From positions 17,610-67,048 of the forward strand of contig PMJQ01000042.1 of the NCBI GenBank assembly GCA_003157485.1: a stretch of 49,439 bases of DNA. Reading direction: 5' to 3'. The notes under the pieces are model-generated. The model did no database searches. It saw nothing but the letters and a program-made list of their open reading frames with translations, and had not been told where the DNA came from. A program made the translations under genes and the position numbers. Shown here one piece after another: positions 19,597 through 27,679 of this stretch (its first letter is position 1; the number at the start of each line of letters is the position of its first letter). This stretch comes from Ignavibacteriota bacterium. GTDB lineage: Bacteria; Bacteroidota; Ignavibacteria; UBA10030; UBA6906.

Positions 19597-20379
19597 TCAC
19601 CCCTCCTTTGGCACGGCAAACCCGTCCCCCGTCATCATGAGTGAGAGAAGACTCCCCGCCGGGCCGAACCGGTTCTTGATCACAGAGAGCGTCCTGATGT
19701 CCGGATGCTCGCCGGTCATCCCGATCGAAAGAACGCAGTCCACGGCGTGTTCCAGCGTCTTTGGACCCGCTGCCTGAAGCCCTTTCGTCACCTGCCCAAC
19801 CACAAGGAGAACCATCCCCTTCTCCTGCGCGAGCCTCCGGAGCAGGTACGTGCATTTGCGGATCTGCACGGTAGTCCCGGGAATGGAATCCGACAACTCC
19901 GTGTACACCGTCTGTATCGAATCGATGACGAGCATCCCCGGTGGGACCCGCCGCACGTGCGAGACAACGGTGTCCACGTTCGTCTCAAACAGGACGCTTA
20001 TGGCCCTGGAATGTATGTGAAGCCGGTCCGCCCTGAGCTTCAACTGCTGGATGGACTCCTCTCCGCTGACATACAGGGCCGACTGCGCGCTCGAATCCAG
20101 GAGCTGGAGAAGAAGCGTGGATTTTCCGGCACCCGGCGGACCGGTCAGGAGGACTGAACTTCCCGTGACGAATCCCCCGCCCACGAGCGCATCGACGGAC
20201 CCGATGCGTGTCTTCATCCTTGGGACAGTCGACGGCGGCACGTCGGGGAGAGGAAGAGGGAGTGAATCGACATCGCGTGATTCCCGGGCCGGTACGAGCG
20301 TCATCCACGCGCCGCACCATGGACACACAAGGGAAAATTCTCCCGCTTCATTTCTGCAGGCCCCGCAGCGGTAGACCAT
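19597..20379 (-). CDS. Short RadA/Sms-like ATPase (Zn ribbon + RecA domain, no Lon-like C-domain)
   Basis: CGAC...CPWC, GPPGAGKSTLLLQ, YVSGEES, VIDSIQT, AGPKTLEHAVD, KNRFG; ends at 260 aa. Confidence 0.88.
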   Translation of the reverse strand: MVYRCGACRNEAGEFSLVCPWCGAWMTLVPARESRDVDSLPLPLPDVPPSTVPRMKTRIGSVDALVGGGFVTGSSVLLTGPPGAGKSTLLLQLLDSSAQSALYVSGEESIQQLKLRADRLHIHSRAISVLFETNVDTVVSHVRRVPPGMLVIDSIQTVYTELSDSIPGTTVQIRKCTYLLRRLAQEKGMVLLVVGQVTKGLQAAGPKTLEHAVDCVLSIGMTGEHPDIRTLSVIKNRFGPAGSLLSLMMTGDGFAVPKEG

Positions 20380-20385
20380 AGGCGT

Positions 20386-22035
20386 TTACGGAGAGAAGCG
20401 CATGATGATGAATATGATCTTCTCCTTCCCCCCTGACGGCTCGCGGCGGGCGTCAAGGAGGATGCCGGCGTACGGGGAGCGAAATTCAGACCTGATCGCG
20501 TGAAACCGTTCCTTCACCATCAACGCCGAATCCGCAAGCCTCAGGCGGCCGTGCTCCAGGGCAATCTTCCCCGCCAGCAGCGTTCTGGCGGCGAGGAGCT
20601 TCTCAAGCGACCGTTTCGTCCGGGCCCATTTTAACTCAGACCGAGCCCGGGAGGAGGGGGGAGCATATCCCCGTTTCACGAGCTCAACAGCGTTTGAGAA
20701 TTCCAGAGAATCCGATGCAGAAGCGAGAAGAGCATCCGCGATCTCGCGATCAAGGCCGAGCACCGATACCCGATCCTGGACATCGGCATTCGCACGCCTC
20801 ATCCCGTTTACCGCATTCTGTTCATCGAGGTTTTCAGGGACGGCGCGGACGGCGAGTATCTCCCCCGCGCGGACCGTATCCCCCTTCTGTTTTCTGAACT
20901 CGACGTATTCACCGACGCTCACCGTAAAGTCGACGAGAACACCGCCCGGGGGGGCGGCCCGCGCGTGATCCGGCGCCGGGGGCCCTTCTCTCCTGACGGT
21001 TTTGACGATCACCGTCCCTCCGGCTGCAAGCACGCCGTTCAGGTTCAGGTCGCCCAGGTCACGCTCCCGTGCGTAGTTCAACCGGATTGCCTTTCCCGAA
21101 CCGGTCACCGCGTTGAAGAATTTCGGGCGGCTCAGTATGACGGGCGTTCCGGCGGTCACGACATCGCCGAAGAAGTACGACTCACACAACGTGTCCCCTG
21201 ATTCTCCGAGAAAGCCGAGAAGCCGGCCGCTCATCTCCACTGCCCGGACGGCCGAGCGCGCCGGCTCCCCTTTCTCGCAGACGATGTTGTCCGCCACGTA
21301 TTCCGATTCAAAATCCCTCCCGACGGTGTGAAGCTTCCGGTCCGGACCCTCGAAGACGAGCGCCCGGGGATTGAGCGCGCCGACGACATGGAATCTCCCT
21401 TTCAACGGCTCGCCGCTCAACTGATCGTGCGCTTCCATCAATGCATACACGATCGCCGAGCGCGCGAATGCCTCGTAGTCCTTTACGGCGGATTCCACGG
21501 TGTGCTCCGCAACACGGATGAACCTCTCGTATCCCTGGGATGCGACATAAAGCGCGGGTATGCACGCGGCAAAAAAGAGTATGGCGAGCGCACTGTCCAG
21601 CTTTGAACCGGTCGCCACTCTGAACCTGTGCGGGGAATTCCCGTCGAAGGGGAACACGCAACGGACACCCGAAAAGGGATAGAAAAGACGAACCCCGTTC
21701 GGCGTGCACGTGTCAAGCAGCGGATGGGACGCGTACCCGACGATCACGCAGGCAAACACGTCGATCCCCGCAAGGAGGGGAACAAGCGAGAGGAGAGCAA
21801 TGCAGAACACCATGAGGAGCGAATGGGTCAGCGTCCTGTGGCCGTATCTTCTTTCTATACCACGCGTGACGGGAGGAAACACCCTTCCCACCAGGCTCGC
21901 ACCGCTGTCGATGTCGGGAATGACTGCGGCCACCGCGACCGCCAGCACATTCAGCGTAGTGAGGCCGACGCCGGCGGTTGTCAGGAGAACGAGGTAGAGG
22001 AGCCCCGCAAAGCCGATATGGGTCGATGCCTTCAT
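20386..22035 (-). CDS. YdjM/YbcI-type membrane metal-dependent hydrolase fused to an extracytoplasmic region with membrane-fusion-protein-like tail
   Basis: STH, IPDID, GHRTLTHS, SHPLLDTCTPNGVRLFYPF. C-terminal KQKGDTVRAGEILA + long helix + EFRSPYAGIL (split lipoyl motif). Confidence 0.82.
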   Translation of the reverse strand: MKASTHIGFAGLLYLVLLTTAGVGLTTLNVLAVAVAAVIPDIDSGASLVGRVFPPVTRGIERRYGHRTLTHSLLMVFCIALLSLVPLLAGIDVFACVIVGYASHPLLDTCTPNGVRLFYPFSGVRCVFPFDGNSPHRFRVATGSKLDSALAILFFAACIPALYVASQGYERFIRVAEHTVESAVKDYEAFARSAIVYALMEAHDQLSGEPLKGRFHVVGALNPRALVFEGPDRKLHTVGRDFESEYVADNIVCEKGEPARSAVRAVEMSGRLLGFLGESGDTLCESYFFGDVVTAGTPVILSRPKFFNAVTGSGKAIRLNYARERDLGDLNLNGVLAAGGTVIVKTVRREGPPAPDHARAAPPGGVLVDFTVSVGEYVEFRKQKGDTVRAGEILAVRAVPENLDEQNAVNGMRRANADVQDRVSVLGLDREIADALLASASDSLEFSNAVELVKRGYAPPSSRARSELKWARTKRSLEKLLAARTLLAGKIALEHGRLRLADSALMVKERFHAIRSEFRSPYAGILLDARREPSGGKEKIIFIIMRFSP

Positions 22036-22061
22036 TCAGATCCGTTTTCCCCCCGGGGGGA

Positions 22062-23135
22062 TCATGATTCAAGCGTCCGGTAGCAATCCTGCACTCTCGC
22101 ATCCACGCCGTGGCTGCGCAGAAGCTCATTGTGCGTCTCGTAGAGGTTCTTGATGATTTCGAGCGCGCGCTTCTTCAGAAGTTTCCGCTTGCGAGTCCAG
22201 GCGAGCTCCACGCCCAGTTCGATTACCGTGAGCACTTTTGCGAGGTTCGTCTCGACAATGAGGTCGGGCTCAAATGCGGCAGGACAGTGGAACACCCGGC
22301 AGAGAAGATCGTTCATCTTCCTGTCAAGCCGGGTTGGGTACTGAAGCTTTACGGCCTCAATGAACTCTTTCAGGACATTTCTGAAAAGGAAGACGATCTC
22401 TTCCTCTTCCCGAGGCGGGGAAGCGGGCGTGCCGACCTGAGGGGAGGGAGCGGATCCCGTGGAGGGATCTGCGGCGGAATCTTTTTCGCTCCCCTTCGCC
22501 GACAGAGGGGCATCCCCCGGAAGATCCGCGCTGTCAAGGTCCGTGTCACTCCCGGCGACCCCCCCTTGAAGGATTTCCGCCCTCTGGCGGATCGCGGAGT
22601 TCAACTCCAGGTCATACAGGATTATCCGCCCCCGTCTGAAACGGGAAGCTTCGTGAAGCAGCTCCTCCGGTGAATGAAAGCGCGCAAGGTCTATCTGCGG
22701 AAACGGCAGGCCCGAGCGGTCGACCTCGAGTATCCCGTTCCTGCAGCCGGAATCCATGAGCAGACCCGAAATTTGATTTCTCGAGAGGCGGTCGATTACC
22801 ACGTTGAGTGTTGGCTCGCAGTAGAAAGTTCTCAGAAACCGTTCATAACTCTGACGAGACACGGAGAACAAGTAGACCCTGCACCGCATGCCGCACGCCA
22901 GGAGGAGCATCTCGACGGATTTGACTCCCAGAATCGCCCGAAGGTCGTGATGGATGCAGACATACTCGGCTACGTGATTTCCGCGGACAAAGAGGATGTC
23001 GAAAACTTCCGGGAAGTCATCGTACGTGATGACGATATAGGCGAACTTCTCCTCTCCCTGCGTCGCCGGGAGGAGGAGCGGGTTGACGACACCCGCATCA
23101 ACCCCGCAGATGATCTCGAGCGCCCCGGCAATCAT
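22062..23135 (-). CDS. Hypothetical cytoplasmic protein (two domains joined by a Pro/Ser/Ala linker)
   Basis: ATGA overlap with the upstream gene; no signal peptide or TM; operon position. Confidence 0.72.
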   Translation of the reverse strand: MIAGALEIICGVDAGVVNPLLLPATQGEEKFAYIVITYDDFPEVFDILFVRGNHVAEYVCIHHDLRAILGVKSVEMLLLACGMRCRVYLFSVSRQSYERFLRTFYCEPTLNVVIDRLSRNQISGLLMDSGCRNGILEVDRSGLPFPQIDLARFHSPEELLHEASRFRRGRIILYDLELNSAIRQRAEILQGGVAGSDTDLDSADLPGDAPLSAKGSEKDSAADPSTGSAPSPQVGTPASPPREEEEIVFLFRNVLKEFIEAVKLQYPTRLDRKMNDLLCRVFHCPAAFEPDLIVETNLAKVLTVIELGVELAWTRKRKLLKKRALEIIKNLYETHNELLRSHGVDARVQDCYRTLES

Positions 23136-23815
23136 TGCCCCGCCGTTGCTGCAAGCGCCCGATCAATATCTCTGATCCGGGACGAGAGCCCGGCCATGGA
23201 GCGCTTCAGGCGGATCAGATCGATCTTCGCTCCCGACAGCACGTGGAAATCAACGCGCCCCTGCGTAAAGAGAAGCTCCTGGAATGCGGCCAGGGAAGTG
23301 CGCACGGCGAGCTCTTCCCTGAGGGCGGCAAGCTCTCCGGCGACATCATCCTTCTTTCGCAGGAGCGCGAGCCGGGCCAGAGACTGCTTCCGGGAAAGAA
23401 TGAGGAAACGGGTCTCCGCCTCCGCGCGCTGGATCTGCGCCCGTGCGCAGGCCGATCCGTCGAAAAGGTCGGAGAGCGAAAGCGCGACAGTGAGCCGGTA
23501 CGAGTCCTTCGGGAGAACAAGAGATCCGGTTCCGTCCGTGAACACGAGATCCCTCATGCCTATCCCCCCGTTCACGGAGACGCGGGGAACGAGCCTGTGC
23601 CAGAAGTTCGAGGCTTGAATGGCCTCGTCCGCCTTTGCGATCTCAATCAATGCCAGGGATCTGTAGAGCGAGTCGAGTCCCAGCGGCGGGATCTCCGGGG
23701 CGAGGTTTTCCGCACTCTCGATCAGGGGCTGTTCCGGCGGCCCGGCAGGTTCCGGCTGGCCCCCCGCGCGAGGGGCGAGGAGAACGAGCATTGCGATGAG
23801 GATAATCATGTGCAT
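23132..23815 (-). CDS. Half-length TolC/outer-membrane efflux protein (single OEP repeat)
   Basis: Signal peptide; RLVPRVSVNG, TVALSLSDLFDG, LFTQGRVDFHVLSGAKIDL; GGAGGGGGAG RBS. Confidence 0.68.
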   Translation of the reverse strand: MHMIILIAMLVLLAPRAGGQPEPAGPPEQPLIESAENLAPEIPPLGLDSLYRSLALIEIAKADEAIQASNFWHRLVPRVSVNGGIGMRDLVFTDGTGSLVLPKDSYRLTVALSLSDLFDGSACARAQIQRAEAETRFLILSRKQSLARLALLRKKDDVAGELAALREELAVRTSLAAFQELLFTQGRVDFHVLSGAKIDLIRLKRSMAGLSSRIRDIDRALAATAGQ

Positions 23816-23861
23816 TCTGTCTCCCCCCTCCCCCCCACCGAGGGGGGAGACTCCCCCGGGT

Positions 23862-24674
23862 TCAATGTCCTGAAACCGTTTCACGCGACACCGATCCGTC
23901 TGCGTTGCCAAGCGACGTCACGATTTTCCAGCTTCCGTCGGGGAGATCCGTCCGCGTACAGAGAGCGCCCGAGGGGAGAGCGGAATTCGTCGTCCTTCGT
24001 ATGAGCGATTGGTTTTCGTCCGTCACCTCCGTCACCACGCCGCCGGCACCTGCATACCGGGATGTTATCCTTACAGTCCCGGCCACCTGATTTTCGACGC
24101 GCGTAACGACGGGGAGGCGGAACGTGTACGACTCCGTAATCCCGTTCCTTATCACATGCGTCACGATCGTATCGCGCGACGCGGGGCATATCTCCGTCAC
24201 TGTCGTCTGAGCCGGCTTACCGGCGCGGAACCCCTCGTAGGTGTCGAACTTCGCCACCTCGCTGACGATCCGCCCCGGAGTCCCGTAGGATCGTCTGACG
24301 GTGATCAGGAGAAGCCCTTTGGGATGGGTATGGCGCTCCGTTACGACCACTCCCAGTCCCCCGGATGTGACAGTGCCGTACACGAACACCGAATCTGCTG
24401 CGGTGTTCCCCGTTCCGGCGGGGACGGTTTCCGGCGCCGGCTGCGATCCGGGATATCCGGTCCACTCGGCGATAGACGTCATCGCGTCGATCGCATCGCA
24501 CAGAAGCTGTTCGCCCGTTTCAGGTGTTTCCGTCCCCTGTGCCGCCGGAGGTTCCGTCAGATGCAGGGAATCCCGACGGCACCCCGAGAGAAGGATAAGG
24601 AGCGCGGTCCCCGCCGCGAATATCCGTTTCAGCAGGCGAGCCAGGATCATCGAATTGATATTCGTTGTGTGCAT
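23862..24674 (-). CDS. Hypothetical Thr/Val-rich beta-strand lipoprotein
   Basis: AGGAGG RBS before MHTTN; lipobox LLSGC; repeated short beta-strand segments. Confidence 0.75.
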   Translation of the reverse strand: MHTTNINSMILARLLKRIFAAGTALLILLSGCRRDSLHLTEPPAAQGTETPETGEQLLCDAIDAMTSIAEWTGYPGSQPAPETVPAGTGNTAADSVFVYGTVTSGGLGVVVTERHTHPKGLLLITVRRSYGTPGRIVSEVAKFDTYEGFRAGKPAQTTVTEICPASRDTIVTHVIRNGITESYTFRLPVVTRVENQVAGTVRITSRYAGAGGVVTEVTDENQSLIRRTTNSALPSGALCTRTDLPDGSWKIVTSLGNADGSVSRETVSGH

Positions 24675-24703
24675 TGTCCCTCCTGTTTGGAAAGATGTCA
24701 TTG

Positions 24704-25105
24704 TTAAAAGTGAAAGACTCGCACGGCCGCCTCGAACGAGCGGCCGCCGACGCGGATGATCCCGATGTAGTCGCCGGGCGGGGCAAACAGCCCGGCCGAG
24801 GTATCGCCGAGCCACGTGTGCGAATGAAGTCCTTTCGATTCAAACAGCTCCGTGAAAAGGGTGACGACAGGCTGGTCCGCTCCCTGCACGGGGCGGCGAA
24901 CGATCGAGAGCGTGACGCGGGCGGATTGGTTCAGCGTGTAGAGTATTTCGGTGTTACGCCTGAAGGAATCGAATGCCGCCGGGGAGAATCTCAGACTGGC
25001 AACGATGTCTTCGCTCTCCACGGACGTCGGCAGCCTGCAGCCGGAGAGAAGAAGGGCGGAAAGGAGAACGAAGGCCGGGTGGCCCGGCACCGGAAGGATT
25101 GTCAT
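24704..25105 (-). CDS. FlgD/Ig-like domain lipoprotein
   Basis: Lipobox LLSGC; FSPAAF...TEILYTL...VTLSI...GLHSHTWLGDTSAGLFAPPGDY (FlgD_ig pattern WxG.....G....G.Y). Confidence 0.75.
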   Translation of the reverse strand: MTILPVPGHPAFVLLSALLLSGCRLPTSVESEDIVASLRFSPAAFDSFRRNTEILYTLNQSARVTLSIVRRPVQGADQPVVTLFTELFESKGLHSHTWLGDTSAGLFAPPGDYIGIIRVGGRSFEAAVRVFHF

Positions 25106-25146
25106 GGCCATCACCCCCAAGTGGCATACGTGTGCGTTTCATAATA

Positions 25147-25176
25147 TTAGACGCACGGAGGGGCGGGTTTCTTACA
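25147..25176 (-). promoter_or_regulatory. ECF-type promoter TGTAAGAAA-N15-GTCTAA driving the 7-gene operon
   Basis: Same half-sites and spacing as the two copies at 43463-43492 and 43496-43525. Confidence 0.78.
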
Positions 25177-25200
25177 GGGGGACGCGGGGGGCAGAGAGGC

Positions 25201-25230
25201 AGCAATAAACAGTACTAAACAGTAATAAAC
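25201..25230 (+). repeat. Three tandem 10-bp direct repeats (AGCAATAAAC/AGTACTAAAC/AGTAATAAAC), likely a TF-binding array
   Basis: Exact 10-bp period; abuts TTGACA at 25231. Confidence 0.8.
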
Positions 25231-25259
25231 TTGACAAAAGACGGACGAAATGCTACATT
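25231..25259 (+). promoter_or_regulatory. Sigma70 promoter TTGACA-N17-TACATT with TGn extension
   Basis: Consensus -35, 17-nt spacer, TGc-TACATT; upstream of 25300 and 25535. Confidence 0.72.
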
Positions 25260-25299
25260 GACCCGGGCACCAGCATACTCAACCACCCACGGGCATACA

Positions 25300-25533
25300 A
25301 TGAAACAGCACGGCTTCGCATTCGTTGGGATCCAGCTTGCGTGGAACCTGCGCCCGTTTCTCGCACGTCGCGATGAACCGTACGCGCTTTTCAGGAACTA
25401 CGAGGGGAACTTCTACACCGCGGTCGTGTATTCCGTCCAGCAGCTCCTGGGCACAACGGAACGAAACGGCGAGGCGGTCCCTCCCGCCGCACGGCACCGG
25501 GCAGACATTGACACTACGGGGTGGCTCAAGTAA
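25300..25533 (+). pseudogene. C-terminal remnant of a Yip1-like ('actin-binding WH2 domain'-annotated) membrane protein
   Basis: FAFVGIQLAWNLRPFL...LFRNYEGNFYTAVVYSV is recalled as the conserved C-terminus of that family; the upstream TM region is missing. Confidence 0.6.
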
Positions 25534-25534
25534 G

Positions 25535-25762
25535 ATGACCGACGACGAGATTATGACGCTGGAAGAGGTTGCGGCATACCTGAAACTGAAGCCGCAGACG
25601 ATTTACACGTGGGCCCAGGAAAGAAAGATCCCGGCAGCAAAGCTGGGGAAGGAATGGCGGTTTAAGAGATCAATCATCGACCGCTGGATCAATCAGCATT
25701 TTGACCCGAAATTCAGCACGCTTGTCCACGGCCCGGACGAGAGGAAGAAGAAGCGGGGCTGA
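25535..25762 (+). CDS. Excisionase/BldC-like helix-turn-helix DNA-binding protein (HTH_17)
   Basis: IMTLEEVAAYLKLKPQTIYTWAQERKIPAAKLGKEWRFKRSIIDRWI. Confidence 0.92.
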   Translation: MTDDEIMTLEEVAAYLKLKPQTIYTWAQERKIPAAKLGKEWRFKRSIIDRWINQHFDPKFSTLVHGPDERKKKRG

Positions 25763-25783
25763 CGGCTGCGCCTGATGTTCCGT

Positions 25784-26233
25784 CTAACGAATGAGGGTCA
25801 GCTTCCGAGTTTGGACGAATTTCCCGGCTTCGAGACGGTAGAGGTACACACCGCTCGCCAGGTTCGGGGCGTCAAACCGGATCTCATGGAACCCTGCATC
25901 CTGGTCCACGTTTACAATCGTCGCAACGACCTGCCCGAGAAGATTGTGCACCGTCAGGAGAACGTGCGATTTGACCGGGATCGCGTACCGGATGACCGTT
26001 GAGGGGTTGAACGGGTTAGGGAAATTCTGCGCGAGATCATACTCGCGGGGGAGCGCTCCTGGCTGCGCGGACGGTGACCTGCCGGAGAGTGCTCCCTTCC
26101 CCTGGTCCGACCGTGGATCCGACGCCGGCTGATCATCCCGGATATCCCGGCCGAGAAGAGGGGACGCAGTGAGAAAGAGGAGGAGGAATACGGACAGGAA
26201 ATGAAAACCCCGGATAACCGACACGGTTGTCAT
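25784..26233 (-). CDS. Small T9SS type A sorting-domain protein (signal peptide + linker + CTD only)
   Basis: Signal peptide; LAQNFPNPFNPSTVIRY...LASGVYLYRL...TRKLTLIR; GGAGGTG RBS. Confidence 0.88.
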   Translation of the reverse strand: MTTVSVIRGFHFLSVFLLLFLTASPLLGRDIRDDQPASDPRSDQGKGALSGRSPSAQPGALPREYDLAQNFPNPFNPSTVIRYAIPVKSHVLLTVHNLLGQVVATIVNVDQDAGFHEIRFDAPNLASGVYLYRLEAGKFVQTRKLTLIR

Positions 26234-26349
26234 GACTCACCTCCCGGTGAAGTGGAACGACAATGGTACGCGAATCAGTAACACCGTATCAAGTATTCGG
26301 GATTCAGGATCTCCTTAAAAATGCGGGATGACAGAGCCCCTTCAAAAAA

Positions 26350-26378
26350 AATGTACTCATTTGCATCGGTCCTGTCAA
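26350..26378 (-). promoter_or_regulatory. Sigma70 promoter for the CTD-only gene
   Basis: Minus strand TTGACA-N17-TACATT. Confidence 0.65.
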
Positions 26379-26608
26379 GTGGGCGACCCGGTAAATTTTG
26401 CGAGGAGAGCACAGTGAGGCGTTTTCGCGCAAATGCGGCCAAACGCGCACCGCCTGGAGAAGCGTCACCAGAGGTTTCATCGCACACCTCGCTTGTCGGG
26501 GGAGAAAGAAGACGCCCCGGGGAGAGCCGGGGTGTGAGATTCCGGTCCCGCGACGTCATCCCTTCAGATGCAATGATGCCGGGGGGGGGGAAAATTGCCG
26601 GGAACGTT

Positions 26609-27679
26609 TCACGACGGGTTTTCACCAGACGGGGGAGCCGTTTTTCGGAACGGGTTGAATCCGATAAACCAGAAAACGGCGTATCCCGCGACAATCCACA
26701 CGGCTTCCTTGAGCCTCTTCACAGCGATATACGCCGCGGAGAGCGTGATGGGGTCGGGAAATCCGAATGCGACAAGAAGGGCCACGAACCCCACCTCGGA
26801 GGCCCCGATACCCCCCGGGAGAAAGAAAAACACAATCCGGAACAGCGAGGCGGTCGACTCCAGCGCAACCGCCTGCGTGAACGTCGCGTTCACGCCGAGA
26901 AACCGCAGGATCAGGAGCGTCTCGAAGCCGACGGCGATCCATGCCGAGAATGACAGGACGAGAGAGAGGAGGAAATTTCCGGTGTGGTCCCGGGCAAACC
27001 GGCCGACATGTTCATCAAGCCTCTGAATGTGCGGCTCCCCCCGCGCGAGAAGAGACCGAAGCGGACGGAACGGGAGGCGCGCGAGCCACCAGCTGAGCTG
27101 TTCCATCCGCCGACCGCTGAACGGGAGCGTGAGGAAGGCGATGGCAATGAGAAGCGAGAAGGCGACGAGGGCGAGACCCCTCGGCCCTTTTCCGGGACCG
27201 ACCTGCTCTGCGACGTCCGGGTAGAGGAGGACGACAAGCGAGAACCCTATAAGCATGAACACCGCCTGGGCAACCGCGATGTTGATCTTCATTATGATCG
27301 ACGAGCCGATCCCCTCCGTGATGTCGACGCCGCATTCCCGCTTGAGAAGTACAGGCCTCATCGGTTCCGCAACGGCGACGCCCCCCGGAATCGAGTAGAG
27401 AAGGGCGTCCGTCGCGGTCCGGATGAGAAAAAGGGGGCCGATCCCCGGACGGGGGTCTTTTCGTATCGTCAGCCGCCATGCGAATGATTCCGCCAGGAAG
27501 ATATAGCCGAAGGGGAGGAGAAGGAGAAACGCCATAGGCCCGATTCCCCTCACCCTTTCAGCGACGAGGGAGATCTGCATGTTCGAAAAGTAGTGCCAGA
27601 GGATTGCTGCCAGCATTGCGACAAGCGCGGCCCGCAGAATCCACCGCCCAATCCGTCCTCCCGTTTTCTTCCGATTCAT
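26609..27679 (-). CDS. Lysylphosphatidylglycerol synthase TM / UPF0104 flippase-like membrane protein
   Basis: Multiple TM helices; SIPGGVAVAEP, FFLPGGIGASEVG, VKRLKE motifs. Confidence 0.82.
   Translation of the reverse strand: MNRKKTGGRIGRWILRAALVAMLAAILWHYFSNMQISLVAERVRGIGPMAFLLLLPFGYIFLAESFAWRLTIRKDPRPGIGPLFLIRTATDALLYSIPGGVAVAEPMRPVLLKRECGVDITEGIGSSIIMKINIAVAQAVFMLIGFSLVVLLYPDVAEQVGPGKGPRGLALVAFSLLIAIAFLTLPFSGRRMEQLSWWLARLPFRPLRSLLARGEPHIQRLDEHVGRFARDHTGNFLLSLVLSFSAWIAVGFETLLILRFLGVNATFTQAVALESTASLFRIVFFFLPGGIGASEVGFVALLVAFGFPDPITLSAAYIAVKRLKEAVWIVAGYAVFWFIGFNPFRKTAPPSGENPS

Noticed and set aside
25535-25762. Prophage or ICE suggested by the excisionase-like gene
   Set aside because: No integrase, att-like repeats, tRNA, relaxase, T4SS or phage structural genes in the window.
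26275-26953. ORFs 26275-26694 and 26321-26953 in the intergenic gap
   Set aside because: Low-complexity translations overlapping a promoter and the flippase-like gene; no motifs.
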